Assembly: GCA_963770835.1 (NCBI GenBank)
Contig: CAVYRH010000003.1
Coordinates: 160,001-224,000, forward strand
Length of the DNA: 64,000 nucleotides
Direction of reading: 5' to 3'
Source: an uncultured Pseudomonadota bacterium
GTDB taxonomy: Bacteria; Oederibacteriota; Muellerivitia; Muellerivitales; Muellerivitaceae
Part shown: piece after piece, positions 62,066 through 64,000 of the stretch
How positions within the stretch are numbered: the first letter of the stretch is position 1
Layout of the letters: every line of letters begins with the position of its first letter
The notes under the pieces: generated by a model
Databases searched by the model: none
Told to the model about the DNA's origin: nothing
Seen by the model: only the letters and a program-made list of their open reading frames with translations
Position numbers and translations under genes: made by a program

Positions 62066-63112
62066 TTGTACAAACTTATTCGACCCATCCTGTTCTCCCT
62101 GCAACCGGAAACAGCCCACCACCTCGCGGTCGTTGGCCTGAAGCTTTCCAAGCCTTTCCTTCCCTTGTTTTCCCCTTTGTTGACGGCATCGGATCCACGG
62201 TTGGAGAAAAAGATTTTCGGACTTACCTTTCCCAACCCCGTGGGGCTGGCGGCGGGACTGGATAAGAACGGGGAGCTGGCCGACGCTTGGGGTAAAGTGG
62301 GATTTGGTTTCGCCGAATTGGGCACCTTCACCGCCTTGCCCCAGCCGGGAAACGAGCCGCCCCGGGTTTTCCGCTTTCCCGGCCAAAAGGCCCTGATTAA
62401 CCGCATGGGATTTCCCAATTGGGGGGCCGAGGCCGTGGCCTCGAACCTCAAGAGGCTCAAGGAAGAGGGCCATTGGCCTTCCATCCCCATCGGTATCAAC
62501 ATCGGCAAAAGCAAGTTGAGGCCGCTGGAGGAAGCCGTGGAGGATTACCTGGAATCGCTGGAACACTTAAAGCCTTACGCCGATTACCTGGCGGTGAACG
62601 TCAGCTCCCCCAATACGCCGGGTTTGAGGAAGTTACAAGAAGCCAAACCCTTGAAGAAGCTCTTGCGGGCCTTGGTGAAGGCTTCCTCCGGCAAGCCCGT
62701 TTTGCTGAAATTGGCCCCCGACCTGGAACCCAAACCCTTGAAAGAGGCGGCGGACACCGCCGTTTCGGCCGGTTGCGCGGGGCTGATCGCCACCAATACC
62801 ACCCTTTCCCGCGAGGGGCTGCCCCCGGGGAAGTACCCGGAAGGAGGCCTTTCGGGCGCGCCGCTGAAGAAAAAGGCCCTTAAAATACTCGAAACCCTTA
62901 ACCGTTACACCAAGGGAAAATTGCCCCTGATGGCGGTGGGCGGGATCTTTACGGCCCAAGACGCCAAGGAAAGGCTGGAAGCGGGGGCCAGCCTGGTGCA
63001 GGTTTATACGGGATATATTTATGAGGGGCCCACCCTGCCCGCGCGCCTCTGCCGGGGACTTCTGAAAAACAGTCCGCAGTCCGCGGTTCGTAGTTCGCGG
63101 TTTAAAATTTGA
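62066..63112 (+). CDS. pyrD: Quinone-dependent dihydroorotate dehydrogenase (class 2)
   Basis: NPVGLAAGLDK, INRMGFPN, NIGK, VNVSSPNTPGLR, KLAPDL, TNTT, GGLSG. Confidence 0.96.
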   Translation: MYKLIRPILFSLQPETAHHLAVVGLKLSKPFLPLFSPLLTASDPRLEKKIFGLTFPNPVGLAAGLDKNGELADAWGKVGFGFAELGTFTALPQPGNEPPRVFRFPGQKALINRMGFPNWGAEAVASNLKRLKEEGHWPSIPIGINIGKSKLRPLEEAVEDYLESLEHLKPYADYLAVNVSSPNTPGLRKLQEAKPLKKLLRALVKASSGKPVLLKLAPDLEPKPLKEAADTAVSAGCAGLIATNTTLSREGLPPGKYPEGGLSGAPLKKKALKILETLNRYTKGKLPLMAVGGIFTAQDAKERLEAGASLVQVYTGYIYEGPTLPARLCRGLLKNSPQSAVRSSRFKI

Positions 63113-63215
63113 ACCTTATTTTGGGAATTTTGAAGGGTCCTACATGAAAATGAGCCATGAAATTCAAAAAATACGAAGGGTTTTACTGCGGACTGCGAAC
63201 CGCGGACTGCGAACT
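63071..63215. repeat. Inverted pair of heptamer arrays spanning the pyrD end and rlpA start
   Basis: agtccgc agtccgc ggttcgt agttcgc ... gcggact gcgaacc gcggact gcgaact. Confidence 0.8.
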
Positions 63216-63680
63216 TCCCTTGTTTTAGTCTTTTTGGGGGGATGCGTGCCTATCCGGCAATGGGTGCCGGGCGGTCCGGCCCATGCCTCAAATTCCAAGC
63301 TTCCCTCCGGTCCCACCGAATTCGAGAGCCCCGACGATTTTAAGAACTTGGGCAAGGACGCATGGAAGGACGAAATGGAGGGCATCGCCTCCTGGTACGG
63401 GGAGGAATTCAACGGCCGATTGACGGCCAGCGGTGAAGTTTATGACATGTACAAAATGACAGCGGCCCATAAGACGCTGCCCTTGGGGGCGGTGGTCAAG
63501 GTGACCAACGAGGACAACGGGATGACTTGCCAGGTTACGGTGAACGACCGGGGGCCCTACGTGAGGGGCCGCATCATCGACTTATCCAAGACGGCGGGGC
63601 GCGCTATCGGGATGAGGGAAACGGGCACGGCCAGGGTTAAATTGGAAATTGTCAGCTGGCCGCAGCAAGGCGGCCGTTAG
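63144..63680 (+). CDS. rlpA: Septal ring lytic transglycosylase RlpA-family lipoprotein
   Basis: LGGC lipobox; GIASWYG, TASGE.YD, TAAHKTLP, NDRGPY..GRIIDLS. Confidence 0.93.
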   Translation: MKMSHEIQKIRRVLLRTANRGLRTSLVLVFLGGCVPIRQWVPGGPAHASNSKLPSGPTEFESPDDFKNLGKDAWKDEMEGIASWYGEEFNGRLTASGEVYDMYKMTAAHKTLPLGAVVKVTNEDNGMTCQVTVNDRGPYVRGRIIDLSKTAGRAIGMRETGTARVKLEIVSWPQQGGR

Positions 63681-63766
63681 CCGCCTACTATCAGCCGCCA
63701 CCAAAACCTTAAATTAGAATTCCAACAACACCCAAGCTCTTACGAGAAAGTTCAATCCGCGATTTT

Positions 63767-63922
63767 TTATTCTTTCCTACGGGTTATCTCGTATTCAACT
63801 TCCAAAAGACAGGGCTTGCAAAAATACCATCCATCCTTGTTGAGGATGCTTTTGCCCAGGACACCCCTGAGCTTGCAGAAGTCACACTCCTGAAAAATGG
63901 CTTCGACGGTTGATGTATACAT
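63767..63922 (-). CDS. 51-aa putative zinc-finger microprotein (not in ORF track)
   Basis: AAGGAGG RBS; MYTSTVEAIFQECDFCKLRGVLGKSILNKDGWYFCKPCLLEVEYEITRRKE*. Confidence 0.65.
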   Translation of the reverse strand: MYTSTVEAIFQECDFCKLRGVLGKSILNKDGWYFCKPCLLEVEYEITRRKE

Positions 63923-64000
63923 TTCCAACCTCCTTTGCGTTGTTAGAATTAATTTAGAATCCTCCCATTAAATACCTGTAACGGTTCCTGGAAGCTTTCG

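Overview
Chromosomal window from a diderm, moderately GC-rich bacterium. The abundance of Thr/Pro-linker proteins with a FlgD-Ig/T9SS-CTD-like end resembles uncultured lineages such as FCPU426; this is an inference only. Contents in order: carA-carB, a PilZ protein, a corrinoid adenosyltransferase, a cold-shock protein, a CBM-glycoside hydrolase, queE-queC, two giant NHL-repeat/Thr-Pro surface proteins and two paralogous beta-barrels. Next comes a long surface-polysaccharide locus (wza, wzc, wecA-like, a low-GC MTase/Wzx/GT4/acyltransferase/Wzy/GT9/GT9-sulfotransferase block, GT4, GDP-mannose 3,5-epimerase-like, YdcF) interrupted by five complete and two orphan toxin-antitoxin modules. The window ends with a third Thr/Pro protein, XylF-like, GH3, pyrD and rlpA. 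About nine single frameshifts are probably assembly errors. Main hidden signals: (1) at three loci the 3' end of a resident gene recurs downstream as a synonymously diverged copy bracketing cargo, including a chimeric carB-start/carA-end mini-ORF and three alternative C-termini of one GT4; (2) four unrelated PIN-fold toxins share a [V/A][H/E]ExPxxY plus basic C-terminal tail; (3) several palindromic and heptamer repeat families insert in frame into genes, one with compensatory base changes; (4) a ~159-bp MITE with an 8-bp target duplication; (5) a cluster of perfect palindromes before a wHTH gene.
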